64,000 nucleotides of DNA from Minutocellus sp. GHC0000111 (taxonomy: Eukaryota): positions 62,001-126,000 of the forward strand of contig OZ361260.1 of NCBI GenBank assembly GCA_977018835.1. The letters run 5' to 3'. The position numbers and the translations under genes were made by a program. This document shows, one piece after another, positions 46,288-57,215 of the stretch. Position 1 is the first letter of the stretch; the number at the start of each line of letters is the position of its first letter. Below the pieces are notes generated by a model that saw only the letters and a list, made by a program, of their open reading frames with translations, did not search any database and was not told the origin of the DNA.

Positions 46288-48330
46288 CTACTCCTTCTTC
46301 TCTTCTTCTTTAGCGCCAACATCATCTTCATCATCATCAACAAGAGCTTGCAGATTCGCACTGGAATGGATACGGAACGACTTTCGCATGTTCTTGGCCT
46401 CGGCGATGGACTGCTTTGTCCGTCCAGTTCCTGTAATGCCCAAACGCCCTCCAGTAACGTTCTGTAGCAAAAAGCCCGAGACAGTAGGCTGACCTGGATG
46501 TTCTTCCCAGACGGTCAAGTTGTAGGCCTCATCCCATCCTCGTTCCCTCCTCTCTTCCTCCGTCAATTCGTCCTTCTTGCCGTTGAGCCATTCATGACAT
46601 TCGGCGAGCTTCTTCTTAACCAAGTCCGCATCCATGTGATTCTGAAGAGCATTGCTGAGATCCACATCGGCCTGATAGGATCGACCCGCATTGAACGAGA
46701 TCATTTTGTCCACGTTTTCCTCAAAAGTCTTCTTGTTGTTCCATCCCGTCGCTTCCAGCATCTTGTATCGATCGCGACCAAACTCATACATTCCAAAGGC
46801 TTGGACGAGATTGTGAAGCCAGAGGAGATGACCAACCGCCACACCGTTGGTGCGCTCATCGTAACATGTGGGGATGTTCAGCAGACCCTTCTCGATCCAG
46901 TCCTTGCCCAGCTTCTCCTCGGCAAGCATGGCAAGGCGCTCCTCGGCGCCCTTGTAGGAAGTGTTCTCAGCCTCGTACAGGGCGGCCGCTTCCAAGACCT
47001 CGTCGAGATCCGATGCTCGTGCAAAGCCCACGGAGACCGTGTGCGCACCAATCGACTTCCATAGATGGAGGGATGCAAACGAGATGGGCGTGAGTTCAGG
47101 ACCGATGGTCCGAGCAACCTGCGCACTCGGCTTGTAGAGCTTGCCGCCTTTGTCGAAGGGGGAAATGATGAATACTCCCATGTCCAGCTCCAGGGCCTTC
47201 TTGAGGGCCGCCAGATTGCCATGGCCACCCATCGTGTCGTCGGTACCTTCGCCATGGTAACTTCCGAAGTAGTGATAGTGGATGTTGACGTAGTCAAACT
47301 TGTTGCTAGCAACAAGCTTCATAATATTCTCGGCCGTGCCGTGAGTGCTGAATCCGATATGTTTGATCTTGCCCTCTTTCTTGAGCTCAAGAGCGGCGGA
47401 CATGCATCCGTCGTCGGATTCATCGAGGACCCAGCCAACCTCCTTGGAATCACTGACTCCGTGGAAGGATAGCAGATCAACATATCCCAGTGTCTCTTCG
47501 ATGTGTGCCCACGAGGTATTAAAGATCTTCAACCACTCCTCCTTGTCCTTCTTTGGCTGGATCTTCGTTTGGAAGAGGAAGTCCGAGCGCTTGCACTCTC
47601 CGTCATCGATCATCTCCTTGAGCGCAGTGCAGAACTGATACTCGGAGGTGCCGTAGAATCGGGCGGTCTCAAAATGGTTCAGCCCGACCTTGAGGCAGGT
47701 GCGGATGACATCCTTGAGATTGACCTGAGATTCACTCTTCAATACCTTCTTTTTAGAGGGGGCTAGAAGAGGAATGCTGTCGGGCAACCAGGTCCACTGC
47801 AAACGCATTCCTCCACAGGTGATGATGGGCATCTCCAGCTCGGTACAGCCGAATCGAACCTTGGGCACGGTGAACTTGACGTCGTCGGTACTAGTATCGG
47901 CAACGCGGGAGCGCCAGGTGGCCGCATGGACCAGCCGCTCGGCGAGGCTGACCATCTCGTCCGCGCCAAGGCCCTCCTTGTGCCAGAACTCGAGCTGGCG
48001 AGTGAGTTTGATGATGGAGTCGTCGGGGATATCGTCAATGTGCGCGTTGATGACGGCCGAGATGCGGTTGGGACTGCCGTACTTGGCATCGGTGAGGAAG
48101 GCTGGGACGGGACCGGTGCCGGCATCGGCTCCGTCGGCCTTGCTGTCGTCGTCATTGCCGGCCGCCACTCCGACAATTCGAGTTGAGAATGTGCGTCTCA
48201 TGCGGCCGGGAGGTGGGGTGGGAGGGGCCGTTGGCGGATCCTCCGACGACTTGTCGCTCTTGGAGTTGCCTCCCAGCAGACGCGAGCTGACGGCGCTTAG
48301 GAGGGAGGGACGGGGCTTCGATTCGGCCAT
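46288..48330 (-). CDS. Aldo/keto reductase (cyanobacterial-type)
   Basis: VRFGCTELEMPIITCGGMR, GLNHFETARFYGTSE, QTK, DLLSFHG, HIGFSTHG, DMGVFIISPFDKGG. Likely start MAESKPRP. Confidence 0.92.
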   Translation of the reverse strand: MAESKPRPSLLSAVSSRLLGGNSKSDKSSEDPPTAPPTPPPGRMRRTFSTRIVGVAAGNDDDSKADGADAGTGPVPAFLTDAKYGSPNRISAVINAHIDDIPDDSIIKLTRQLEFWHKEGLGADEMVSLAERLVHAATWRSRVADTSTDDVKFTVPKVRFGCTELEMPIITCGGMRLQWTWLPDSIPLLAPSKKKVLKSESQVNLKDVIRTCLKVGLNHFETARFYGTSEYQFCTALKEMIDDGECKRSDFLFQTKIQPKKDKEEWLKIFNTSWAHIEETLGYVDLLSFHGVSDSKEVGWVLDESDDGCMSAALELKKEGKIKHIGFSTHGTAENIMKLVASNKFDYVNIHYHYFGSYHGEGTDDTMGGHGNLAALKKALELDMGVFIISPFDKGGKLYKPSAQVARTIGPELTPISFASLHLWKSIGAHTVSVGFARASDLDEVLEAAALYEAENTSYKGAEERLAMLAEEKLGKDWIEKGLLNIPTCYDERTNGVAVGHLLWLHNLVQAFGMYEFGRDRYKMLEATGWNNKKTFEENVDKMISFNAGRSYQADVDLSNALQNHMDADLVKKKLAECHEWLNGKKDELTEEERRERGWDEAYNLTVWEEHPGQPTVSGFLLQNVTGGRLGITGTGRTKQSIAEAKNMRKSFRIHSSANLQALVDDDEDDVGAKEEEKKE

Positions 48331-48578
48331 GGTTGGTTGCGAGGTTTGGTTCTGTCTCTCGTCTCGGCGAAGTCGAATGACGCGGAGAGCGGAGAGGCAG
48401 CCGGAGAGTAGTTTGACGATGACGATGATGACGCGACGAGCGGATGACGTGGATCGAATGAATCGAATCGAGTGTGTCCAACCAGAAGGATGAGATCGCA
48501 TCGAATCGAGAGATCGCATCGAGAGCATACCTAGGTATAGCATGATAAAAGCAAAGCAGGAGGCAAGGGAGCAAGACG

Positions 48579-50315
48579 ATGAGTATGAAGCTCGCCACCA
48601 GCCTTGTCCTGCTTTTTGGAGGCCACGCAGAGGCTTTTGTCGAGAGGAACGGTAACGCAAACAGGATTGCCGCTGGTCAGCTTGAGCAAAGCAAGGCGCG
48701 GCACAGCTTGTGCCATTTCAGTCATTTCAGTGCCAAGGCCAATGATGAGCACGAACATGACGAACCATCATCACCATCTGCCCTCACTCGGCCAGACTTC
48801 TTCCGATCGGTGGGCATCGTGGCGGCATCGACCGCATCGGCATTTTTCGTCAACCCTTCCGAAGCCTCGGCTGGTCTGATCCAATTCCCATGCGCCAAGC
48901 TGCAAAACACATATCATCTGCTACGAGCTGGCCAATCATTGCTCGAAGAGGAGGACATATTGGCCACCAACCCTCTATTCCTAACCAACCGAGAGTGTGC
49001 GTTGAGTGATGTGGGCATACAGCAGATTGAGCAGGTTTGCGAGTATTTGAACAGCGGGGACGACGTCGTCAGTGCTCCAACGGTTGTTCGTCACTCGTTC
49101 GCAGCTGCCGCCATTGATACAGCCAACATTGTTGGCCGTGAGCTGCGCATCGGCAGAGATCGTCTGGTGCCAGAGTTCTTCTTCCTTGATCCAAGAGCGG
49201 CTGGGTTGTGGGACAATCTACCAATTACCCAGGCCGAGCCGGCTATATGGGCCATGGATGTCGATGAGGCAGGACGTGACGGATTTGGAGGCCGACCACC
49301 AGCCAATGAGGATGGGACTCCTGCGGAAACATTGGCAGATCAGGTACCAAGGCTTCGTCAGTTGTTGTCCGCCTGCGAATCCATTTATTCCGGCGACACA
49401 GTCCTTTTGATTTTCCCGGATGGCACCGGCCCGGCACTACTGTCCTGTCTCATCGCCGGCATTCCGCTATCTCGAGTCCACGAGTTAGAGTACAGGCCAG
49501 GCGAGGTTCGTACTGACATTACCTATGATTCGGTTCGGGCAATGCTCCAAGACAAGCCCAGTGAAGAATATCAACAAAAGATTCAATTGGGACGGCAAGA
49601 ATTGAAGAAGCTCCGATCGCAAAAAACCGTCATCAATGTGAAAGACCAACGATATGAGCAGGAAGTGAAAGAGGAGGAACGTCGAGCGGCTGAGGCTGCA
49701 AAGGAAAGAGAAGAGAAGCAGGAAGCCGAAAGAATACGGAGAGAACAGGTCGCCAAGACCGTCGAAATGCAACGAAAAGAAAATCATAACACAAATAGCG
49801 ATATATCGCCTACTGTTGCTGCCTCATCGGTCGGCGTTGGAGCTTTGGGTGTTGGTGCTTCAATATTTTTGGCTCAAGATGAAGATTTGCCAAATAGTGA
49901 AGCCTCAGCCAATGCAACTTCAATTCCTGACAACTCAACAACCACAATTGACGATTCTGATTTCAACGAGAAAGTTATTTCAGTACGAAGTATCAACGGA
50001 GTGCCGGTTGCAGAAGTTCCATCTATTGTCAGCGAGGATTTTTCTAAGGAAGTTGATACGAACGGTGACAATGACAATGCTGTCTCCGCTGTCGAGTCTC
50101 CTTCATCAGCACCTCTTACTGCATCCACTTTGTTCGACGGGGAAACTTTGACTAACGAAGAGAGACTCCAGAAAGCAGAGACTGCAATGGATGAGTACAT
50201 GGAGAAAGACGACGGAGCCGACGCTTGGCTTGCAAGTCTATCTGAGATGATAAGTGAGGATGATCCCAATTCGGGCGCGGATAATGAAGACGACTTCGAG
50301 GGTAGCTTTCAATGA
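48579..50315 (+). CDS. Plastid/thylakoid histidine-phosphatase (PGM)-like protein
   Basis: Signal peptide + AEAF, lumen-type SEASA/GLIQFPC cleavage, YHLLRAGQS (RAG in place of RHG), GTPAETLADQ. Confidence 0.75.
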   Translation: MSMKLATSLVLLFGGHAEAFVERNGNANRIAAGQLEQSKARHSLCHFSHFSAKANDEHEHDEPSSPSALTRPDFFRSVGIVAASTASAFFVNPSEASAGLIQFPCAKLQNTYHLLRAGQSLLEEEDILATNPLFLTNRECALSDVGIQQIEQVCEYLNSGDDVVSAPTVVRHSFAAAAIDTANIVGRELRIGRDRLVPEFFFLDPRAAGLWDNLPITQAEPAIWAMDVDEAGRDGFGGRPPANEDGTPAETLADQVPRLRQLLSACESIYSGDTVLLIFPDGTGPALLSCLIAGIPLSRVHELEYRPGEVRTDITYDSVRAMLQDKPSEEYQQKIQLGRQELKKLRSQKTVINVKDQRYEQEVKEEERRAAEAAKEREEKQEAERIRREQVAKTVEMQRKENHNTNSDISPTVAASSVGVGALGVGASIFLAQDEDLPNSEASANATSIPDNSTTTIDDSDFNEKVISVRSINGVPVAEVPSIVSEDFSKEVDTNGDNDNAVSAVESPSSAPLTASTLFDGETLTNEERLQKAETAMDEYMEKDDGADAWLASLSEMISEDDPNSGADNEDDFEGSFQ

Positions 50316-50434
50316 CAGACAAGCTGCCAATAGATCTCCAGATCTCGTACGACTGAACTTTCTGATCAGAGCAACTCAAGCAATATCATTGCATAACCAA
50401 ATAACTCTACATGCTTATATACGGATGAAATTAT

Positions 50435-53035
50435 CTACTCGATGTCGAAACCGGTTGCAACCATTGTTACTGCAAGCTCCAGTTTCTGTTTCAGATCCGC
50501 TTTGTTATCATACATGGGCAAGTCTATTCGGTTGAAACATGTATGTGCTCTTGGGTATAGGCAAGCACCGACCTCAATGCCGTGGACTGTGAATTTTCGT
50601 ACGTTGCCATCATTACCTTGAAGCACTGCAAAGCCTCGCGATGGTACACCAGAGGTACCAGTCACAAACTGCAGTAATCGCGCTCGCATTTCTTGATCCA
50701 TCTCTTCTACGACCTCCCAGAACCAATGCACAACGTCGTTGTTCGGTCCTCCTCGGTCAAATTCACCAGAATACTCTGTGTTATCCCTCCAATCATGAAG
50801 GTCAATCTCGGGAAGACCGCACATGAGCAGTTCTAGCTCTTGGAAGTCAAAGATTGTCAGGATGGGTTCGGGGATTACGTCGAAGAATCCCAGAAGCAGC
50901 TCGTTAAGTTGCGGCTTCACTCGACCCATCATCTTATACTGTAAAATTGCCTCCATATATTCGGGGAGGTTATCTCCCGTCACATCAATATCCGCACCAC
51001 CAGGCACCAACTCTACCGTCTGTTTCATTCCCATCGTCTCTTCTGTCACCGTAAAGTCGAGGCACAGATATTCAACTTCCGATGGGTCCATGTCTAAAAG
51101 CTTTTTCAGATTGCCATATATTTCTTCGTCTACTTGTTCCAGATCGGCAAATTGACATGGCCAACCACACATATGTTTATAGAGAGTGGGAATCATGTGG
51201 CCCGCAACTAATTGTCGATCAAATGAAGCCTTGCCCATGACACGGCCGAGGAATCGGAAATAAATCAAATGATCCTCGGGACAGCAGAATTCTGTTGTGA
51301 ATTTGATTCGTTTGAAATACGAATAGGCAAAGAGTTAGATCAAGAAACGAGGGAAGATGAAAAAAATCAGGAAACTCTCAACCCATTTCTGCGGCAAACT
51401 TACCACTGGCAGGATTGATCTCCATGAGCATTTGATTCGTCACACTGCTCTTCCATAGACCCATATCGGGGTCAAAAATTTCCTCCGTAACCAATTGGAA
51501 CCACTCTCGTGCCAAGCCACCGGCATCAATACCAGCCTCGCCAATGAATTCGAATCTCCACACCTTGCGTAGATCCTTTCGGCTGAGACTCATAACCGCC
51601 TCCATGGAGTCGCTGAGGAGGTACTCGCGTCTAACATTCATCCGCATGTGTCCCTCGTTCCACTCCACACAAAGCTGGGCACAGGTGTCCTGGAACCACT
51701 GCGCCTTGTCCTCGAAGGTCATAACCTGGGCGGCAGCAATGTCAGCGTACGAAACGAGGTCGGACCGGCCATCGGGACCCTTGATGCGGCTGTCAACAAC
51801 GGCGGCGGGATCGTTGGCGGTGACGAGCGACAGAAGGCCGGTGCGCATTCGAGGGTCATGACCCTCGACGAACTCGAGCTTCCGTACGTAGGCTGCAGTC
51901 TTGGCGTCGAATCGCTTGTTGGTGTCGACATTTCCGCCGTCATCCATTCGAATCCATTGGAACTGCGGTGGTGAAAAGTTGGCAACAGGAATGCAGTGGG
52001 TCAGAAAAAAAAGATATATTGCTCAATACAAGTTGATGGCAATAATTCGAACGACAACTTTGGCCAATATTCACGAAAACTAATAATTCTCACCTTCATG
52101 TCCGACACTCGGATTGTACGGGTCCATCCATCCTTATCATAAGCCAGCTTGACCTTGGCAAGTTTACTGGCCTCCTCCGTTTTCTTCCTGGTGAGGGCCA
52201 GGGGCAGATTGAACCTAATCTTTTGACCCTCGCTGGCGTTCGTCGGACATGTGACCAAAACTCGGACCCCACCGGCCAGCAGGGCAAAGGGTTGGCCGGG
52301 CTGAACACCCCTGGGAACGACCACCTCAAACATTTGTGTGTCCGGAGGTCGGGCCGGACGGCGAGGTCCGCCCCGTCCCATCGGACCATCCGGCGGCCGG
52401 TCCAGATTCCTCGGCGGCGCCGGGGGGACGATCCGAACTGACATGCCTGGTCGGGCGTTCGGCGGGCAGGTGACCATCAACTGCTGCCCGGCGATGGTAA
52501 CGGGGAACTGCTGCCCCCCTCTCACTCTCTGGGGGATGGCCACCATATACGCCGCCCGGCCATCGGCACCCTCCGAGTTGGGGATGCGGGTTACGTTGGG
52601 ACTGTCGGGCGGTCCGTTTCCGGGCCCGCCACCGGGTCCGCCTGGTCCACGACCGTCGCCGCCCTGTCCATTCGCCCCGTCGGCCGAATTGTCGACGGGG
52701 ACCGTGATCTGCAGCGACTGTCCCGGCCGGGTGTTGGGCGGGCAGCGGACCTTCACTATGCGATTGCCGGCGTAGACCTGAAATTCTTCCCCGGGCATGA
52801 CATTATCGGGCACCGTGACGCGAAAGACGGCTGTGTTGCCCCCGACGCCCTGAGCTCCGGGACCACGCGGGTGGACGGCGCTGTTGGTGCTGCTGCGACC
52901 CTCGGCGCCGGAATTGCTGCCGTTGGAACTCAGAGACGGAAGCCGCCCGCTCAGTCCTCCGCCGCTTGTCTCGCGTTTCCGTCGGCCGGATCCGCCGTTC
53001 GACCCCTCCCTCTTCTTTTTGCTGAACAGCGGCAT
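50435..53035 (-). CDS. HECT E3 ubiquitin ligase; introns 51292-51403 and 51963-52093
   Basis: FIGEAGIDAGGLAREWF, YFRFLGRVMGKA, LLQFVTGTS, PRAHTCFNRIDLP; canonical splice sites keep the frame. Confidence 0.95.
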
Positions 53036-53879
53036 CTTGACTGTCGTTATCTGATCTTGCTTCCGCCTTCGACCGGAATGACTGACTCAGATTATTTATG
53101 TGCTCAACCGACCACTTACGCCCAAATATCCCTTTCAATATATGTAAGTTTATTTGGGTGCGGTCAAAGACTGGGGGGGGGCTGGAGCCTGCAAAAAACG
53201 GGGTGTCGATTGATGGAATCGTACCAACCCTTCGCGTTTCGATTTCCGGAAGGCCTTCCCTGAACGCCCGAACGAAATATTAATTTTACGACACAAGATG
53301 TGCCGGAAATCTCAACCACTGGCCTCGCAGGATGCACCGGGGGTATAGATATGTGTTATCCACGCCCGATGAAATGCAACCGATGGTGCGATTCGACCCA
53401 ACTTACACTATCTTACCGGCTCCGGAGGTTCGGGTCCAAAAAATAAATATCTTCAAATGTCCGAACTTCGAGGAGGAAGTTGAAGAGTAGCTTTGGGCCT
53501 ACCGGAGAAGGTGTCGGCTTTGGTTGCTTCGCCGCTGGACCACTCGAGATCAGAGGAGAGGACGCTACAAGTAGACCACGCAGGCCCGGAGGGTCAGGGA
53601 GCAGGCTGTTATGCACGAGCGCGAGCGGTGATAATAACAATGTTTTGCAGTTTGCGACGCAGCAGCTCTGATGATGATGACCTGTCCCATGGGCAGTTGC
53701 AAGCAATTGCGAAGGGCCGAAAAGAACATGAAGAGAGTTCGGCAGTTTCTGAGTTCGGGAAAGAAAGTCTTGGCAGAGGTGATCCCGATATCCCGATTTT
53801 CAGCGTGAGCGGTCAAGCAAGTTCTCGCCAAAGATACTCGTAGGAATTACCTGAAACCTGACCACCGTTTGTGCAACTG

Positions 53880-56224
53880 ATGGATACCGTCCTCGACGCC
53901 TGTGGAAACATCTGCTCCAACGGCCAGTCCCAGCACGGCGCAGCCGACGGCGAAGAAGCGGACAATCAGATGAACACCACGATGACAACAGTACGTGGTC
54001 GTCAAGGTCAAATCGGCCGAGCTGACCAAGAACTTCGAAAGGATCGGCCGGATGGATCCTTTCGCCGTCGTATCTTGGCTGTCGGCCGACGACGGCGGGA
54101 AGAAGAAGCGGCTGTCCCGCACCCACACGCTGTGGAACGCACATAAGACACCACAGTGGGATTTCACCTGCCGGGCTCATGCCTACGCCCCATCGTCGGG
54201 CGATAAGATCGAGATTGCCCTTTGGGAGGATGGCAATGTGTCCAAGGCAGAGTGGATGGGCTCTGCCATCATCGATGTCGACGAGCTACTTGGTCTCGAC
54301 CCCACCCCCCGCGTCGAAAGTGACGATGTTGAACTGCCGGTCATTTGGAAAAAGAAGAAGAGTAGCGGCGGGAGCGAAGAGCAGACCGGCACCGTCACCA
54401 TCCAAACCACCTTGGTCGTTTCCGATCCGACCAAATCAACCTCCTCTTCCACGGATGTCAAAACAGATGATATTCAGGTGACGCGCGTCGACCCGTCCCT
54501 CTTTGCAAGTCCCGTGAAGAGACTGGGCGTGTCAGGAGGTACCGCACCGTTTTTTGCGCTGAAGCTGCTCAACCCAACCGAGGGTCGTACCGAGGATCAT
54601 TTCATCGGCAAGGATTTAAGTCGTGCTGTAGACGAAATTGCCTTCTACGAGGAAATGCTTGGCATTGTCAATTCCGACAATGAGGAGTGTGGCCTGCGAG
54701 ATTTGTTGTCTTTTGGCTTCGAGTACGCTGGCGTCCTTACCGCACCCGAGGAGGGAGTGGAGGAGGGAGAAGATGCAGAGAGGGAGCTACTGGTTCTGCG
54801 CAACCTTCGCGATGGATGCAGCACCCTTCGTCTGCTTGATATCAAGATGGGCGAGCGCACTGCAAGCGCAGGATGGCATGGAAAGTCTTGGAGTCACGCT
54901 CACCGCCAAGGGCTCATGGACAAAACCAGTAGGTTTTGCTCGTATCTCTTTTCTGCACCGAGCTTACTGGCGGGCCCCGATCTCTACCTCCTGCTCTAGT
55001 TTCTTACATTTCTTTCATCTTTATTCTTTTTTTTACACTGCCAAATTTACACTAGCCAATTCGTATGTGGAAGGCTTTAGATTGGAAGGATTCGATGGAC
55101 GGCCCGAGACGCTAGTGACGATGGATCCGCTCATGGACTATGACAGTCACAAGTCTGCCAAGGCACTGAAGAAGGCAAGCCGCATGCTCCTGCAGCACAT
55201 GGATGGCCGTGAGGTGGTGATGCACTTTTTGGACTTGCACCAAGGTCCCACGGCTGATGACAATATCAATCTGGAAGAGAACTACTCTAGCGCCGAACTT
55301 TCAGAAATTGTGTTCCATGAGATTGTAACTCGAACGGCCAAGTTGGCAGCCGCATGCAACAAAGTGACAGTTCCTCAAAAATGGGTCGGCAGCTCAGTCG
55401 CTCTCGGATATGATTGTGGAACCCTGCCCCCTCGGTCCAAGGATGAGTCGGCCATTCGCTCCCAGGTCCTCGTGAATATTTTTGATTGGGGTCGATCGGA
55501 ACTCAATACTATCGAAAAGATGCAACACATGTCTGCTAAAGAGCAGCAAGATCGCCAGGAATTCTGGAATTATTACAAGGGTGGGATGGAGCGACTCGCT
55601 TGGGTTGCGGCCCGGACTTATCTTCACCGATTTGCCAATGCCGATGAATGGAAGGAGATTACATTGACAATTTATGATTTCGACGCCATGTCGAAGGATG
55701 ATTTCATGGGAACAGCGACAGTTGCTGTTGAAGACACCGATGATTCGGAAATCAAGCTGTGCAATAACAAGGGCAAAGAGTCTGATGCAACCATTACCTA
55801 TTCCTTGCACTGGCGCTCGTGTCCTTCTGGATCTAGGCTCAAGGGTACGTGGCGAGTTGGGATCAAGTCGGCAAAGAATTTGCCAAACATGGACGAACAA
55901 TCGGTATCTGATCCATACTGCTGTGTCAAAGCTACTTCGGCTGATGGCAGGCATTGTTTTGAGCAGGTCACGAGAGTCATTCAAAACGATCTCAATCCAG
56001 TGTGGGATGCAACACTTGATCTACCGATTGCATCAGATGCCGATGCGCTCAAAAAGGCTCTCGAGGGAGGCAAGTCAGGACTAGGTGAAGGCGACTTATA
56101 TGCATTGCTCCCTCGAGGTGTCTCGGAAGGGACGGCTCTGCGATCAGTGACTGTCAGTACCATTCGAAGCAAAGACGCAGAAAGTCCTGGCTTTGTGGAG
56201 TGGAAGGACCGCTTGTCGTCGTGA
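53880..56224 (+). CDS. C2 domain + inositol polyphosphate kinase-like domain + C-terminal C2 region; intron 54929-55055; 5' end uncertain (frameshift ~53988)
   Basis: C2 (RMDPFAVV...HKTPQWD), IPK-like (EIAFYE, LVLRNL, LLDIKMGERT, GFRLEG, SSVALGYD, IFDWGRS), C2 (IYDFDAMSKDDFMG; AKNLPNMD..SVSDPY...NDLNPVWD). Confidence 0.8.
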
Positions 56225-56417
56225 TTTGTGAGATGTAATTTTTTGTTTATTGAGTATCTACTGGTATCTCATAGAATCCAAATAGTAGTTGCCATTCAAG
56301 GTACGATAATTGAGATGTAATATTTCCTTGTGGTGTTTTCTTTCTCTACAATTCATTCTACAGATATATTTTAATTTCCCTTCCCCATCCAGAGTCATGT
56401 TTGAGAAGCGAAGCTGT

Positions 56418-56876
56418 TTACACGAGCAGGCCCATGTCACCGCCATTTTTCTTTGCAAGCTTGACCAAGTTGGTGGAGAGTGTTCGGGGAGCCTCGACGC
56501 AGAACTCATCGATGCAAATGTACCCGTTCTCGTCGGTATCGGCTCTCTTGATGATGCCATCGATCTGCTTGTCCTTCAGCCATTCGAATCCCAGCGATCG
56601 GAGAGCACTGGCAACCTCATCGCGCGACAGCTTGCCGTCCTTGTCCAAATCGGAGATCTCGAACAGAGACCTGAGGACTGTCTGTCCAAAGGCAGAGTCG
56701 TGCGTCGACACAAAGTCTTTGATGAGGTTGGAATGAAGGGAGATGATCTTGGCACGAAGTTTGTTGAGCTGCTCGTCGCCCAGGACCATCTTTCCTGCGT
56801 AGACGATGGGACTGAAGACTCCTGCCTTGTGGGCCGTACCGCCAGCGGCCTTCTTCTTCTCGGCGGTGGAACGCAT
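56418..56876 (-). CDS. Small EF-hand calcium-binding protein
   Basis: DLDKDGKLSRDE and DTDENGYICIDE loops. Confidence 0.85.
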   Translation of the reverse strand: MRSTAEKKKAAGGTAHKAGVFSPIVYAGKMVLGDEQLNKLRAKIISLHSNLIKDFVSTHDSAFGQTVLRSLFEISDLDKDGKLSRDEVASALRSLGFEWLKDKQIDGIIKRADTDENGYICIDEFCVEAPRTLSTNLVKLAKKNGGDMGLLV

Positions 56877-57215
56877 GGTTTATGAGATGTTGAGGTAAGG
56901 TAGGTAATGAAATGAACGTGTGTGCTTTTGTTCTGTTCGAATTGTTCGGATTGTGAGCAAACGAAGAGGAGTTGGCACAGGAGAAAGATGATCGTTGGGA
57001 CGTGGATCTTGCTTGCCGGATGACTCAGCAGTGCACAGTCATGCGGATTGGTGAGGTGGCGCGCGCGCTTCATCAGAATTCCGGGAAAATATGGACGACT
57101 TACAGACGATTGATGATGACAATTACTAGTACTCCTATAATTTAGGAGTTGAGGCTACATACAGGAAAAAATCCATCGGGGAGTGTTAAGAAGACAGAGG
57201 TCCATCATTCGGGAA

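Noticed and set aside
48331..48660. Extension of the AKR ORF overlapping the divergent gene
   Set aside because: Non-ATG start, UTR-like composition and overlap with the 48579 gene.
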